A DNA stretch of 64,000 nucleotides from Vicugna vicugna (taxonomy: Eukaryota), in the NCBI GenBank assembly GCA_013265495.1, contig MU063738.1:744001-808000 (forward strand), read 5' to 3'. A model generated the notes under the pieces. That model searched no databases. It was not told the origin of the DNA and saw nothing but the letters and a program-made list of their open reading frames with translations. Shown here in pieces: positions 1-10,777 of the stretch; positions within the stretch are counted from its first letter, which is position 1, and every line of letters begins with the position of its first letter. Position numbers and translations under genes: made by a program.

Positions 1-10
1 ATCCGGAGTT
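1..10 (-). CDS. NAV1: NAV1 coding exon start (E-L-R-I...), truncated by window edge
   Basis: Reverse complement of 1-20 reads cggcccctAG|AA CTC CGG AT. The phase-1 G of the previous exon completes GAA, giving the expected ELRI(KRQNSS). Confidence 0.8.
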
Positions 11-1184
11 CTAGGGGCCGAGCGGGTGGCGAACAGATATGGGGGCTAAGAGGGGACACCCAACTCCATGCCCACTTTCCTCAATTTTGGATCATTCTTT
101 CCCCAAACATGGATCGCGGGCCAGTCGTGTCAACATACAAAGATGCCAGAGGTGAAAAGTCAGAGAGAAATGATCCCTTGAGAAACACCCTGGTTTTCAA
201 GAAGCTCCCAGTGAAGAAAGAGAGAAAGATGAACTCAGCACGGGCAGGTGTGTCCCCGTCTGGGGAACGCAGAGCTGCCCGGCCTCAGGACTTTCTCAGC
301 AAGACTTGACTGCCCGGGGGTCCAGCCGAGTGTCCGGCGTTTAACCTCAGTGAGCTCCAGGTTCCTCACCCGACTGGCAGAGAACCTCCCTAGCGCTCCA
401 AGGAGGCCTGCAACGGCACGAGAATGAGCCCCTTCTCTGAAGGAGAGGGCCAGAAGGGGAGGGGCCGTCTGAGCAGAGGCGCCCCAGGTGGGGACGCTGG
501 GAGACACTAAGGGGACTGTCGAGCAGCACCGCGGAGGCTGCGCAGGGCGCCAGCCCTCGGGACCCACACCGGAGCCGGAGGAGTGGGTGCCCTGGGCCCC
601 GGGCGCAGTGGGGCGGAGGCTGGACACCAGGCGTGGGCCGGGGGTGCCGGGAGGAGGCGGCTGTGTGTCGCAGGGAACGGGCACGGAGAGTCTCAGCAGG
701 GACATAATAGGATCAGATTTTAAAACCTCATTTTGAAGTCACTAATGGGGAAGCAGCGGACAGGGAGGTTCCCACCCCTGTGACCTGGTCTCCGCAGGGC
801 CAGCGGCTCGTGGGACTGCAGACGGTCCGGAGACTCGGGCCCCAGAGAGCCCCCTGCGTGAGCACGAGGACCGAGCGGGGGCCGGAGCAGCGGGGGGCGA
901 GGCACAGGGCTGTTGGCGGGGGGACGCGGGCCAGCCTCGGCTCTTTTCTCTCCCTGACCAGAACTGGGCCTTTAAACTCCAGTTTTCCCCTGTACTGCAG
1001 GCTCCTCGGCTCTCACGTCGGAAATACCGAGCCCCCAAGGCTCGTAGAAAACCCTTCGTTCAGCGACCGGCAGGCCAGGCCGACGCCCCTGCAGAGCACC
1101 CCGCCTACTCGAGGTGCACAGAATTCCCCAGAGCACAGGCTGGGCCGAAGTGAAGAGGTTTTCGTTGGTATAAAACTGGATGTG

Positions 1185-1330
1185 TGTGTCTGTATGCATT
1201 TGTTTATATATGCACAGAAAATTGTTTCTGGGAGGTGTGCAGAAAACTGTTTAACAGTCACGACCACTGGGGCGTGGGACTTGGAGGGGCTCAGGGAGAG
1301 GATTTTATCACATCCCCTTTGTACAGGCTT
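1185..1330 (+). mobile_element. Old L1 (L1ME-like) 3' UTR fragment
   Basis: gcacagaaaattgtttctgggagg...aaactgtttaacagtcacgaccactgggg...cccctttgtac resembles the recalled L1ME 3' end. Confidence 0.5.
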
Positions 1331-1751
1331 TGTGTCGTCAGGGGCTGCCAAGCTTTCACGGCACAGGCCGGACAGCAAGCAGCTCAGGCTTCGCGGCCGT
1401 ACGCGCTCCCTCACAGCCGCTGGGCCGGGCGCTCCGACGCAGAGCAGCCGCGGACAACGTGGAGGTTCGTGAGTGTGGCTGTGTGCCAGTAAGACTGCTT
1501 AAAAGCAGGCAGTAGAAAGAAAAACAAAGCACAGGTGGCGAACCAGACCTGGCCAGCGGGGGCACCCTTAGTTCACATCTTCCTCCAGGACGAGCACTGC
1601 TTTTGTAATAAAATGAATTTAATTAAGTTAGTCAGGTAAAAACAAAGCAAAGGCTAGCAAGCACGTGGGTGCACCTGTCCAGCACCAGCTACGCGGAGGG
1701 TCCGGGGACCTGTGCGCCTGTCGACGAGAAGCTGATAATCTGCTATGTGTC

Positions 1752-1866
1752 GGGGGGGCCTTGCTCAGTGGTGGAGCACGGGCGTAGCATGCACGAAGTC
1801 CTGAGTTCAATCCCCAGCACCTCCATTAAAAATGAATTAATAAACCTACCCCCCCAAATTTAAAAT
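1752..1866 (+). mobile_element. tRNA-derived SINE, Vic-1-like (camelid)
   Basis: A box (ttgctcagtggtgg), B box (gagttcaatcc), then cccagcacctccattaaaaatgaattaataaacctaccccccc tail. Confidence 0.85.
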
Positions 1867-2289
1867 ACGCTATACAGTGCTTTTAAGAGCAAAGGATGTT
1901 TTAAAATCAATCTTCAATAAGTTAGGGAATCTCTTGTGCACTTAAAGTTCGGTGCCATGTACGTTTATCACCAATTTTCAAACAAAGTAAGGTTAGGCGT
2001 CGTGGCTTTCCACAGTAGTTCTCTGACTGCTCCTAGAAACCCTCCCGGCCAGGCTGAGCAGGGGTCCACGCGAACAAGGAAAACAGGAAAACGCACAGCG
2101 AAGGACAGGACTCACTGTCCATCGGACACACACGCGTCTGGCGTCATTCGCGCTCCCGTGGCGCCACAAGGCCCTCGGACACACATGCATCTGAAGAGCC
2201 AGCTGAGCCTGGGAGACGAGCCACAGCCCAGCACCCCAGGCCCGTCCCTCAGTAGCCGTGTCTGAGCAAGCCCGCCATCTCTGATCTTA

Positions 2290-2380
2290 CCCTCCTCATA
2301 AAGAATGAAACATACCTCACAGGGTTGCGACTTGGACTAAGTGAATCACTGTAAGTAAAACGCTCAGACTAGTGCCCGGT
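2290..2380 (+). mobile_element. MIR fragment
   Basis: acatacctcacagggttgcg...tgtaagtaaaacgctcagactagtgcccgg resembles the MIR core and 3' end. Confidence 0.6.
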
Positions 2381-2679
2381 GGACCGCAGGTGTCCTGTCG
2401 CCACAGTCGGAACCCAGCAGGCAAGAGAAGTGACAGCCGATGTGGCCGGGGAGAAAGTCCGTCGCGGGCCAGGCAGAGCGGGACGCTCCTGCTGCGCCCT
2501 GCGGCTCTGGGTGTGTTCCTTCCCTTAACTTGCTTTTCTAAAATGCTTCAAACACACAGAAACACTGAGAGCTCAGCACCGCGGGAGGACCCTACACGCT
2601 TTCCACCTAATTAACAGCCGCTGATCTTTCGTTCTGTTTGCGCAGAGACGTGCACTCACACACTAACACATGCAGAGAA

Positions 2680-2850
2680 CATTTTCTTGAACGACTTGAA
2701 AACACGAAGTGGACAGCACTTCGCCACCAAGCGCTTCGGGGTGCACCTCCTAAGAACAAGGGCACGGTCTCAAAACACCAGTATTATTCCTAAGGAAACT
2801 AACAGCAAGGTTTTAAATTTAACGTCCAGCCCGTATTCGAATCGGAATGA
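2680..2850 (-). mobile_element. Old L1 (L1MC4/5-like) 3' UTR fragment
   Basis: cctaagaacaagggcac...ccagtatt...ccagcccgtattcgaat resembles the recalled L1MC 3' UTR. Confidence 0.5.
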
Positions 2851-3294
2851 TTTCGGCTCTTAAGTGATGCGCCTGGATCGCCGTGGGGCGGTGAGGGAAG
2901 GCCTGGAGGAACACAAGGCGAGTCGGGCAGTTACGGGGATAACCCAGAAGAAGAGCGCGGACAGCCTAAGCCAGGGCCGCGGCAAGACAGGAGGGACAAC
3001 CAGAAGGGGACGCCACCCTGTCAGCCGACTTAACTCAATCAAAAAAAAAGACAGGGAGGGAACTGAGGCCTGCGCAGATTCACACACTCACGTACACGAG
3101 TCAGCGTACGAAACTGGCGGAGTGCAGCGGTGGGGACAGTGGGATGTGCAGGGCGACTCTCCGATTAGTGGTTTGGGTGATGCCTGAAGGGGGCAGAACT
3201 GCAGGAGAGAGAGGGTTACGTGGCTGGAAGCAGAGGCGTGGAGTTCGGAGGGAGGTGGAGACTAAGAGACACAGACTGACAAGCAGTTTTAAAG

Positions 3295-3992
3295 CCTAAA
3301 CCGAGCTAATCATCGGCTCAGAAGGTTTGCAGGAGTCGCCCTCAATATACAAAAAATCAGCTGCATTTCTATATACTAGTAATGAATAATCTGAAAAAGA
3401 AGTTAAGAAAGCCATTCTATTTACAAGGGTATCAAAAATTAAATTCAACAGAAGAAAAGCAAGATCTGCACACTGAAAACCACAGGACGCTGCTGACACA
3501 CATCCAAGCACACCCGGACGGGGGCCCGGCCACGGCCGCGGGGCAGGCAGCGGCCGCGCTAAGTACCGTTAGGTTGACAGCGCTCCCCAAGTTCACTCCC
3601 AGAGCCAGCACCATCCTGACCAAGATCCCAGCTGGCTTATTTGCAGAGACTGACGAGCTGACCCTAAAACTTACATGGAAAAACAAAGGGCAAGGGCACA
3701 GAGGAGCCAAAACTAGCTCGGAGAGGAACGAAGTTGGAGGGCCCACGTTCCTGACTTCAAAACCTGGGACAAAGTTACAGTGACCAGGGCAGGGAGTACC
3801 AGCCAAGGACAGACGTAAGGGTTAATGGAGTAAAGCTGCGAATCCAGAAATAAATGCAGATGTTTACGGTTCATTGATCTCCTACAAGAGTGCCATGATC
3901 AGCCAGTGGGGAAAACAGGCTTTTCAACAAATGGTGCTGGGACATCTGGACTGCCACTCATCGAAGAATGAAGGTGGGCCCCTACCTCACGC
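3295..3992 (+). mobile_element. LINE-1 ORF2 relic
   Basis: Recognisable L1 ORF2 blocks: aatatacaaaaaatcagctgcatttctata, aagatcccagctggcttatttgcaga, ccagaaataaat, ttttcaacaaatggtgctggga. Confidence 0.85.
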
Positions 3993-4502
3993 CAGCCAGA
4001 GCAGCAGGAAGAGACCGAGACGAGATGCGGCTCACAAGGAAGGGGAGAGCCTGATGGAGAATCTGGAGAGGATTCTCCTTTTTCTCCTTTAAGATGAAAG
4101 AGCAGTTAGCAGCGTTATAACTGAGGAAGGAGCCAACGGAGGGTAAGAGGCTGAAGATGCAGAAAAGCAGTGTGTGTGTGTTGGGGGGCGAGGCGAGGAC
4201 CCAGGGCATCAGGCGAGGGTCGCTCTTGGCCGGAGGGACCGCCCCACAAGTCAGGACTGGTGAGCCACGCGGAGGGAGCTGGGGAGGCCAGTGGGGGCGG
4301 CTCTGGAGGCGCCTGCGTCTTGGTTGAGGAGGAGGTGAGCCTAGTTCGGCAGGAGGCGAGGCCACGGTGGGAGGCTGAGGATGGTTGACTCCGGATGGAA
4401 GGACAGTGAGCGGACCACCCGCCGAGCCAGCTGAGTGAGAGGGAGTGGTTGGCTGCGTCTGGTGGCCCCGTATCTCTTTCTCGCCCTTTTCCCTTCCCCC
4501 TG

Positions 4503-4790
4503 TACTGAGATGCCACTGACATACAGCACCATGTGCATCTAAGGCGCACAGCATAATGACTTCCGGACGTCATGAAACGATGACCTCAGCACGTTCAGTG
4601 GACGTCTCTCGTCTCACAGACACAACATAAAAGAAAGGTTTTCCTCGTGATGAGAAAGCTCAGGGTTCACTCTCTGAACAGCCTTCACGGCAGTGTTCAC
4701 TAGAGTCAGCGTGTTGAACGCGTGCCCTGGTGCCCCGTCTCATGACCGGAGTTCGTCCCTTGGGACCTTTCACCCCCAGACCACCCCTCG
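4503..4790 (-). mobile_element. L1 3' end (L1MA9-like)
   Basis: tgatgagaaagctcagggttcactctctgaacagc...cagtgttcactagagtcagcgtgttg matches the antisense of an L1MA-type tail. Confidence 0.65.
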
Positions 4791-5089
4791 ACTCCCTCTC
4801 GCAAAGCCTGCCTGGCAGTTAAGCCCAAGGCTAACCGGTCACGGAGCCCCAAAATCCACGCGATCTCTGCCTCCTCTGAAGAGGAGACTCATTCCCCTTG
4901 GAGAACTGGAGAGGATCAAGCGAGGTGACACGTGCGTCTGCACACCTGCTGACATTAAAGTGCAAAGTGCTGGTGTTTCTAGACTACTTCTTAGAGCAGC
5001 TTTAGGTTCACAGCAAATCCCAGCAGACGGGAGAGACGCCCCCTCTGCCCCCCGACCCCACACGTGCACAGCATCTCCCACCAGACGCG

Positions 5090-5650
5090 ACGTTTGCTAC
5101 AATCGACAGACCTGCAGGGACTGTCACCACCACCCAGGGCCCACGGTCACCCTGCGCTTCACTTCCGGGGGTTTGGACACAAGTCTGAGGACTCAGATCC
5201 ACCGTGCCCGTGCCCTGCAGAACACTGTCACCGCCCCACAGATCCTCTGCGCGCTGCAGGTTCATCTCCAGGCCTGACAGCCGTGACCCTTCGTCCCCAG
5301 TCCTGTCCTTTCCAGAAGGTCACACAGTGGAGTCAGACAATACACAGCCTTTTCTGATGGCCTCCTGTCACTTGTGATGCACATCTAAGGCTCCCCAGTG
5401 TCTTTTCATAGCTCGAGAGCTCATTTCTCTTTAACGCTGAGTGATCTTTCACTGTCTGGCTACAGCACAGCTCGTTCATCTGTTCACCTACTGACGGACA
5501 TCTGGCCTGCGTCCAAGTCTTAGCAACTGTGAGTAAAGCTACTGTAAAGGCCCATGTTTAGGTGTTCGTGGGGACATAAAATTTCAGCTCCTTTGGGTAA
5601 ATACGCAGGCCACGGGGCGTGACTGCGGGGTCGTGTGGCAGGAGCACCCC
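5090..5650 (-). mobile_element. L1 3' UTR fragment (L1MC/MB-like)
   Basis: gtttggacacaagt, gttcatctgttcacctactgacggacatct, ttcagctcctttgggtaaatac are typical antisense L1 3' UTR blocks. Confidence 0.7.
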
Positions 5651-5898
5651 GGGTTCTGAAAGAATACGGAGCTAATGACTGTCCTTGACGGCTCTTGGGC
5701 TCGAGTCTGCAGACCCAGGAGAGGACCCTCCCCTCCCTCGCCCCCTGGGGTGGCGGGGCCGTGCCCCGGCCCTCCGCCTTGGCCCGCACCTCCTAGAAGT
5801 CTGACACGGGGCCTGGCACATTCTGGGCACAGATAAAAACCTGCAATTGCTGTCCTTCGTCCCCACTTCCGTTTTCAGTCTGCGGCTGGAGGGCCTAC

Positions 5899-6010
5899 CT
5901 TTGGGTGTGGCCTCCGAGGCACTGAGGGCTCCCTGGATGACCGCCTGGGCCTCAGAGTTCTTCTTCTTCAGAAAGTCAATGGTTTCTCGTAGGTCCAGCA
6001 GCTCGGTGTC
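5899..6010 (-). CDS. NAV1: NAV1 coding exon (DTELLDLRETIDFLKKKNSEAQAVIQGALSASEATPK), 112 nt
   Basis: Acceptor ttccttcctctctGAG, donor GTAGGC at 5898. Within ORF 5672..6055. Confidence 0.96.
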
Positions 6011-6247
6011 CTCAGAGAGGAAGGAAAGCAGGGTCACTGTAGGGACGGGGAGCACCTACAATGCGGCCGGCAAGGGGCCCTGGGATCTTCAGACCGGACG
6101 GAGAAGGCAGGGAGCTGGGACAGCTGTGTCGTGCGGCAGCGGGGAGCTCGGGTGACGGGGTTGGGGGGGGTGGCTACTGCTCAGGACCAGGCAGGAGGTT
6201 AGCCTCGGCCCGTCCGTCCAGGACCCCTCCCACCCCTGGCCCCTCAC

Positions 6248-6331
6248 CTTCTCCTCGGCCGTCTCTGCCAGGTGTCGTAGGCGGGACGTCATGTTCACCA
6301 GGCTCTGCTCAAAAGCCGCCACGAGGTTAGC
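6248..6331 (-). CDS. NAV1: NAV1 coding exon, coiled coil (ANLVAAFEQSLVNMTSRLRHLAETAEEK), 84 nt
   Basis: Acceptor ccttttgtttcAG, donor GTGAGG at 6247. Within ORF 6089..6493. Confidence 0.96.
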
Positions 6332-7568
6332 CTGAAACAAAAGGTCAGGAGATGCCCGGCTGCCCGGGTTGGGGCCAGAGGGCATGGGAGCGGGAGGCTG
6401 TCGGAGATGACTGTGTCTGAGCTGACCAGGCCCAACCCCTCTTGGTGGTTTTTCCATGTTGCTCTTCCTGAGCAACAGGGTGGAATCAAACACCTTTCGG
6501 GCCTGAAAGAAACTTCCAGAATTTCCTTGAGTAAGGGAGTGGCCCAGACAGCACCCGGGCAGGCAGGCCTGGGGAGGCGCTCAGAGACCGGGCAGCAGCG
6601 TCTGCAGAGCTGGGATGTCCCTCTGCTCTAAGGGGGCCACCAGCTCGGGGGCTATCGTCCTGGGGCGACTCCTCCACGGCCGGACAGGCAGCCCCAGGGC
6701 CCCGTCACCTCCCAGTAGGAGCAGTTCGGGCCACCTCTCCAGGGCCTCCGTCCTGGCTGCCCTCCCCCTCACCCCGCTGTCCTGGGCTGCCTTTTCGGAG
6801 CTGGGGAAGCTGCTTGGGCGGCTACAGGGGCAGTTCCCAGCCTGGCCACTAGGGGTCGCCCTGCACCGCGAGGTGCCAGGGGGCCTGGAGAGGTGGGGGG
6901 TGGGGCGGCTCTGGACCAGAGGGGAATCCCTCTGGGAGGAACAGCGGTCAGTGGGGAGCATCTGAGCAAACTGGGACCCAGCAGAGGGGACACACTCCAC
7001 ACACAGCTCCGGGTGTCTGCGACCCCCACTGCTTCGTCCCTGCTGGGGTCATCGCTCGGGCCCAGGCCAGGGCTCCTCGCTGGCCGTGCAGGGAGCACCT
7101 GCCTCCTTGGCCTCAGTTCACCTCCTGTGTGTCACTGGTGAACAGACACGCCCTGGAGGGAGGCCCGAGACCCCTGGCCCCGTGAGGGCTTTTCTGTGCT
7201 GGCCTCCCCCACCCCCGGGCCTCCCGTAACCCCGGCCCCACTCGAGGGCCTGTGCGACCTCGGGCTAAGCACACAGCCGAGAGAGGCTGCGTGGGGGTTG
7301 GGTGGTCTGGGCCCTCCCTGCCCAGGGTGTGCCCCAGTGGGGGCCGCAGGGAGTCCCAGGGTCCTGAGGGGGGCAGCGAGCCTTCCAGAGTCCTGGCACC
7401 ACGCCTCTTGCCTGAGGGCTGGGCTGCGACCAGAGGGAAGCAGCCTCTGAAGTTCAGGACCGTGTTGTGACTGGGTGTCTAGTGTGTTCTCTCTTAGCCA
7501 AAGGGAACCTCCTGTTCTAAGAAAAATCACCCTCTAAATTCACCTTCCTGGCTCTTACCCAGACCCGA

Positions 7569-7638
7569 CAGCACTGTGCTGACAGAGTGCGGTGTAGACG
7601 GATCAGCACGGTGACGACAGAGTGCAGTGTAGACGGAT
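7569..7638. repeat. 35-bp tandem duplication (2 copies, 31/35 identical)
   Basis: cagcactgtgctgacagagtgcggtgtagacggat followed by cagcacggtgacgacagagtgcagtgtagacggat. Confidence 0.9.
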
Positions 7639-8724
7639 CTCTTCCCCTTTTGTCCCCCCGCCACATCCCCCGGACACAGATCTCCTGATCTCCTGGGCTG
7701 TGGGACGGCCCCAGGCCCAGCCGCGGTGGGTAGGGCACAAGGCAGAGGAGAGGGGCTTCTTGCTTCTGTTAAGATTCTTTCGGTCCCCAGTTCCCCAGCT
7801 GTGGGGACAAGGGCTTGATGGGGCTTCTCACCGGCCGGGAAGCTCATGGCTGACCGACCAAGGTTTTGGGAAGAGACAGAGAACACCCAGAGACGGAGAG
7901 AGCTGCTGTTGAAATGCCCTGGCGGAGCCTCTTCCTCCTGCCCGACTTCAAGGGGAGCCCTGGGCCTGACAGCTGGGCTCCCTAGATGGGAAGAGCGGAA
8001 GAGGCGCCTGAAACGACCACGGAAGTCGCAGCCGCACTGCCTTTTGTGCAAACACTTGGAAGCCCTGCAGATCCGGCTCAGCTGGTGTTTACAGCCTGGG
8101 GGAGAATGGCTCCCATGTTCTCCGTCTGCAGCTTGGCCCCAGGGGAGAGGCCACCGCCTAGTCCGGGAAGCACCTCTTTTCTTTCCGCCTCATGGGTGGA
8201 GAAACCCAAGCTGAGGGGCTGTGCTCCGACAGGCCGAGGGCCTCCGCCTATAGCTCAAGGGTCCAAGGACACTGCTGAGAAAAGAGCCTCCAAGAACCAG
8301 GCTGGGGTCTCAGTGTCACGTCCCAGCCGGGCCTGTCGCTAGCTCTGCACTACCCAGTCCAGTGACGGACGCGCCCAGGGCAGAGGCAGAGGGTTCCCGG
8401 ATGGATGACTGTAACCCGTGACTCCTCCCGCCCACGGCCGAGGTGAGGTTGTTCCCACCTCCACTGAGCACCTCCCACTGACAATCTTTTCTTCTTTCTC
8501 CAGGGACTTCAAAGACCAGCAGACGTGAACGCCTTCACACCCATTCGCCAGGGCGGGGGCAAAAGCGGTTCTTTACAGACACCCAGACTCAGAGGGGGAG
8601 AAGGCCTGTCCCCACGTCGAGGCCCACAGGACAGACAGCTCATGAGGCAGCTCCCTGCTGCGGGAACACATCTAACTTAGGGCCAGACAACCAGCTGGCC
8701 CGTCCCCGACTCGCCGGGACTCAC

Positions 8725-8802
8725 GTTGGCGGAAAGCTGGGACGTCAAGGTGGCCACTTTTTCCTGGGATGATTCCAGTTCCCTACGGAGCTTCCGGATT
8801 TG
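8725..8802 (-). CDS. NAV1: NAV1 coding exon, coiled coil (QIRKLRRELESSQEKVATLTSQLSAN), 78 nt
   Basis: Acceptor ctctcttcctccacAG, donor GTGAGT at 8724. Not in the ORF track; translated by hand. Confidence 0.96.
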
Positions 8803-8912
8803 CTGTGGAGGAAGAGAGACAGCAACTGATGGTGGCAGCAGACGTGGTTAAGGTCGGGAAGGAGACGGGGCGCGGTGGTGTTAACAAGCGGGACGAGGGC
8901 TCGGCACCCTAC

Positions 8913-8936
8913 CTCAGACTGCATCCTCTCCTCAGC
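8913..8936 (-). CDS. NAV1: NAV1 24-nt microexon (AEERMQSE), symmetric phase 0
   Basis: Acceptor cccttctgcAG at 8938-8937, donor GTAGGG at 8912. Peptide matches recalled NAV1 sequence TYSS-AEERMQSE-QIRK. Confidence 0.92.
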
Positions 8937-9572
8937 CTGCAGAAGGGAGCACGGGAGGAGAGAGAGAGAGGAGGCGGTTACTCCGGGGGTGGAGGGTGGG
9001 CAGAGGACTCGAGGAAGCGTGACCAGAGGCGCGAAGAGGCTGGAACCCTGTCTCCGGCCCTGGCTGCTCGCGGGTGGCTCAGACCCCACGCCACGCTCTA
9101 ATAAAAGACTTCTCCTGAGCCTGTCTCCAGCCAGCTTTGTCATCGCCAAGAAGGCTGGGCAGTGGGACCTCCGCTGACCTGGAGACCGACCCTTACGGCC
9201 ACCGATCTGGAGCGAAGCACTGGGGGCAGAGTGAGCCCAAGAACCAACCGACACTGAACAGCCCAAGGAGGGGACGCTCGCGCGCTGCTAGGTTCCGAGG
9301 CCCTGGGAAGCCACCCTCTCACCCTGCTGTGGGCGCTGCCCGCGCCCCAAGCACAGAGCACCTCTCCAACACAGGGTCCAACATGCGTTCTTCAGAGGAG
9401 GGGCACAGAAGGCAGCAGAGCTGCTCGGGAACTGGCGGCGAGGCCAGAAAGACCCCTCACTGAGGGTGCCGGGCGTCCCCACCCCACCCCGATCCGGGCG
9501 TGGCCGAGACAGCTGCGCCTGCCCCTGCCCGGCCCTCACCCCCGGGAGGCTCTGGGCGCAGCGGGGGGGGGG

Positions 9573-9625
9573 TGTGCAGGGGGGAGAGGAGGCGCTGGAG
9601 GCCAGGGACAGCACTGAGCCGTGAA
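9573..9625 (-). CDS. NAV1: NAV1 coding exon (VHGSVLSLASSASS...), expected 53 nt; 3' end and donor corrupted in this sequence
   Basis: Clear acceptor ttctgcttctcttgcAG and HGSVLSLASSASS match. The last four codons read PPCT instead of the expected TYSS, and a G-run (9563-9572) replaces the donor. Confidence 0.8.
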
Positions 9626-10606
9626 CTGCAAGAGAAGCAGAACACGGAGTTAACGGGGGTGGCTCAGAGACGGGGAGGGGGTCGGGAGTTTGGATTCTGA
9701 CAGCAGGGCACCTGGAACAAACAGAACAGAACATGCGCTCAGCTGGATCACAGCCTGGGCGGGGCTGTCAGCGGAGGACCGAGGGCTGAGGTCGGGGCAG
9801 AGCCGGCCTCCTCCTGCGGCCCAGCGGGACCCCCGGCAGCCCGCTCCTCTGAGGGCAGGCGAGGGCGCGAGGGCTAGGGGAGGGAGAAGAGGTGCTCGCG
9901 GACAGGTGCTGCCTCCTCCTCCCGGGCAGGAAGGGCGGTTTCTCATCAGAGCTGCTCAGAACACCCCTACAGTTGTGCCCGAGGGTCCTCTTCCTGGTGG
10001 GGCCACTCGGGTGGAGGAAGACCCACGTGCAAGACACCCCTCCCGATCACTCAGGAGCCAGAACCACAGCCCTGCGTCGAGAGCGAGCCCGTCTGCGAGG
10101 AATGGCTCCAGGGACGGGTCCTGAACACCTCGGGGGTGGAGCCCCCAGCACGCTGGCTCTGCCAGCTCCGACCGCAAACACCCAGACCACCGAAGCCCAG
10201 AGCGCCGCCCTGAAGCTGGTCTCTGGAACGTTCTTGAAAGAGGAGTGAGATGCCTAACTCTGCAAAGATTTGAGCTGCCTCTGTGTCCCTGTGAGTTTCG
10301 TGTCCCCTGAAGGGCCAGGAGGGCAGGAGCCTTCTGAGACTCTGGGGCCACGGAACCTTCCGGCTGTTCCCTGCCCCCTCCAGGAGCTGCTCCACCCCAA
10401 AGCCCCAGTGCTCGACGGTGCCACCCAAGGTTTCTGGGCCCCTAGACCATTCGAAGTGATGGGAAGAAAGAGCTGAAATGGCCCGACTGGATGTCCTGGG
10501 AATCACACATGTGCATAAACGTGGCGGTGGTGGTGGTGGAGGTGGGGGCGGAGAGGGGCCCAGCAGAGCTGGAATGAGCGTGAACCGCGCTGGCATGAAG
10601 TCTCAC

Positions 10607-10777
10607 CGTCGTCCGTGGGGTCTCGGAAGGATCCTGACCGAATCATCCCCTTGGGTCTGTCGGCCAGGGACAGGGTGCTCCCCATTTGGGAGCCGCTGTA
10701 CAGCTCGAAGGCGGCCTCGTGGGTGGGGATGCTGTTGGAGCGGGTGATTCTTGGCGCGGTGGCCGCAGTGGGGCTCA
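10607..10777 (-). CDS. NAV1: NAV1 coding exon (SPTAATAPRITRSNSIPTHEAAFELY...GSFRDPTDD), 171 nt
   Basis: Acceptor ctctgtccttccAG, donor GTGAGA at 10606. Within ORF 10503..10778. Confidence 0.96.

Noticed and set aside
1752-1825. tRNA-like sequence with A and B boxes
   Set aside because: Lacks clean cloverleaf pairing and carries the SINE tail shared with three other copies, so it is a SINE rather than a tRNA gene.
2572-2592. REST/RE1 half-site TCAGCACC (also a partial at about 22718)
   Set aside because: The second half-site GGACAG is missing, so chance is likely.
3382-3783. 133-aa plus-strand ORF
   Set aside because: Degenerate L1 ORF2 remnant; stops were likely removed by GC drift and there is no intact element.
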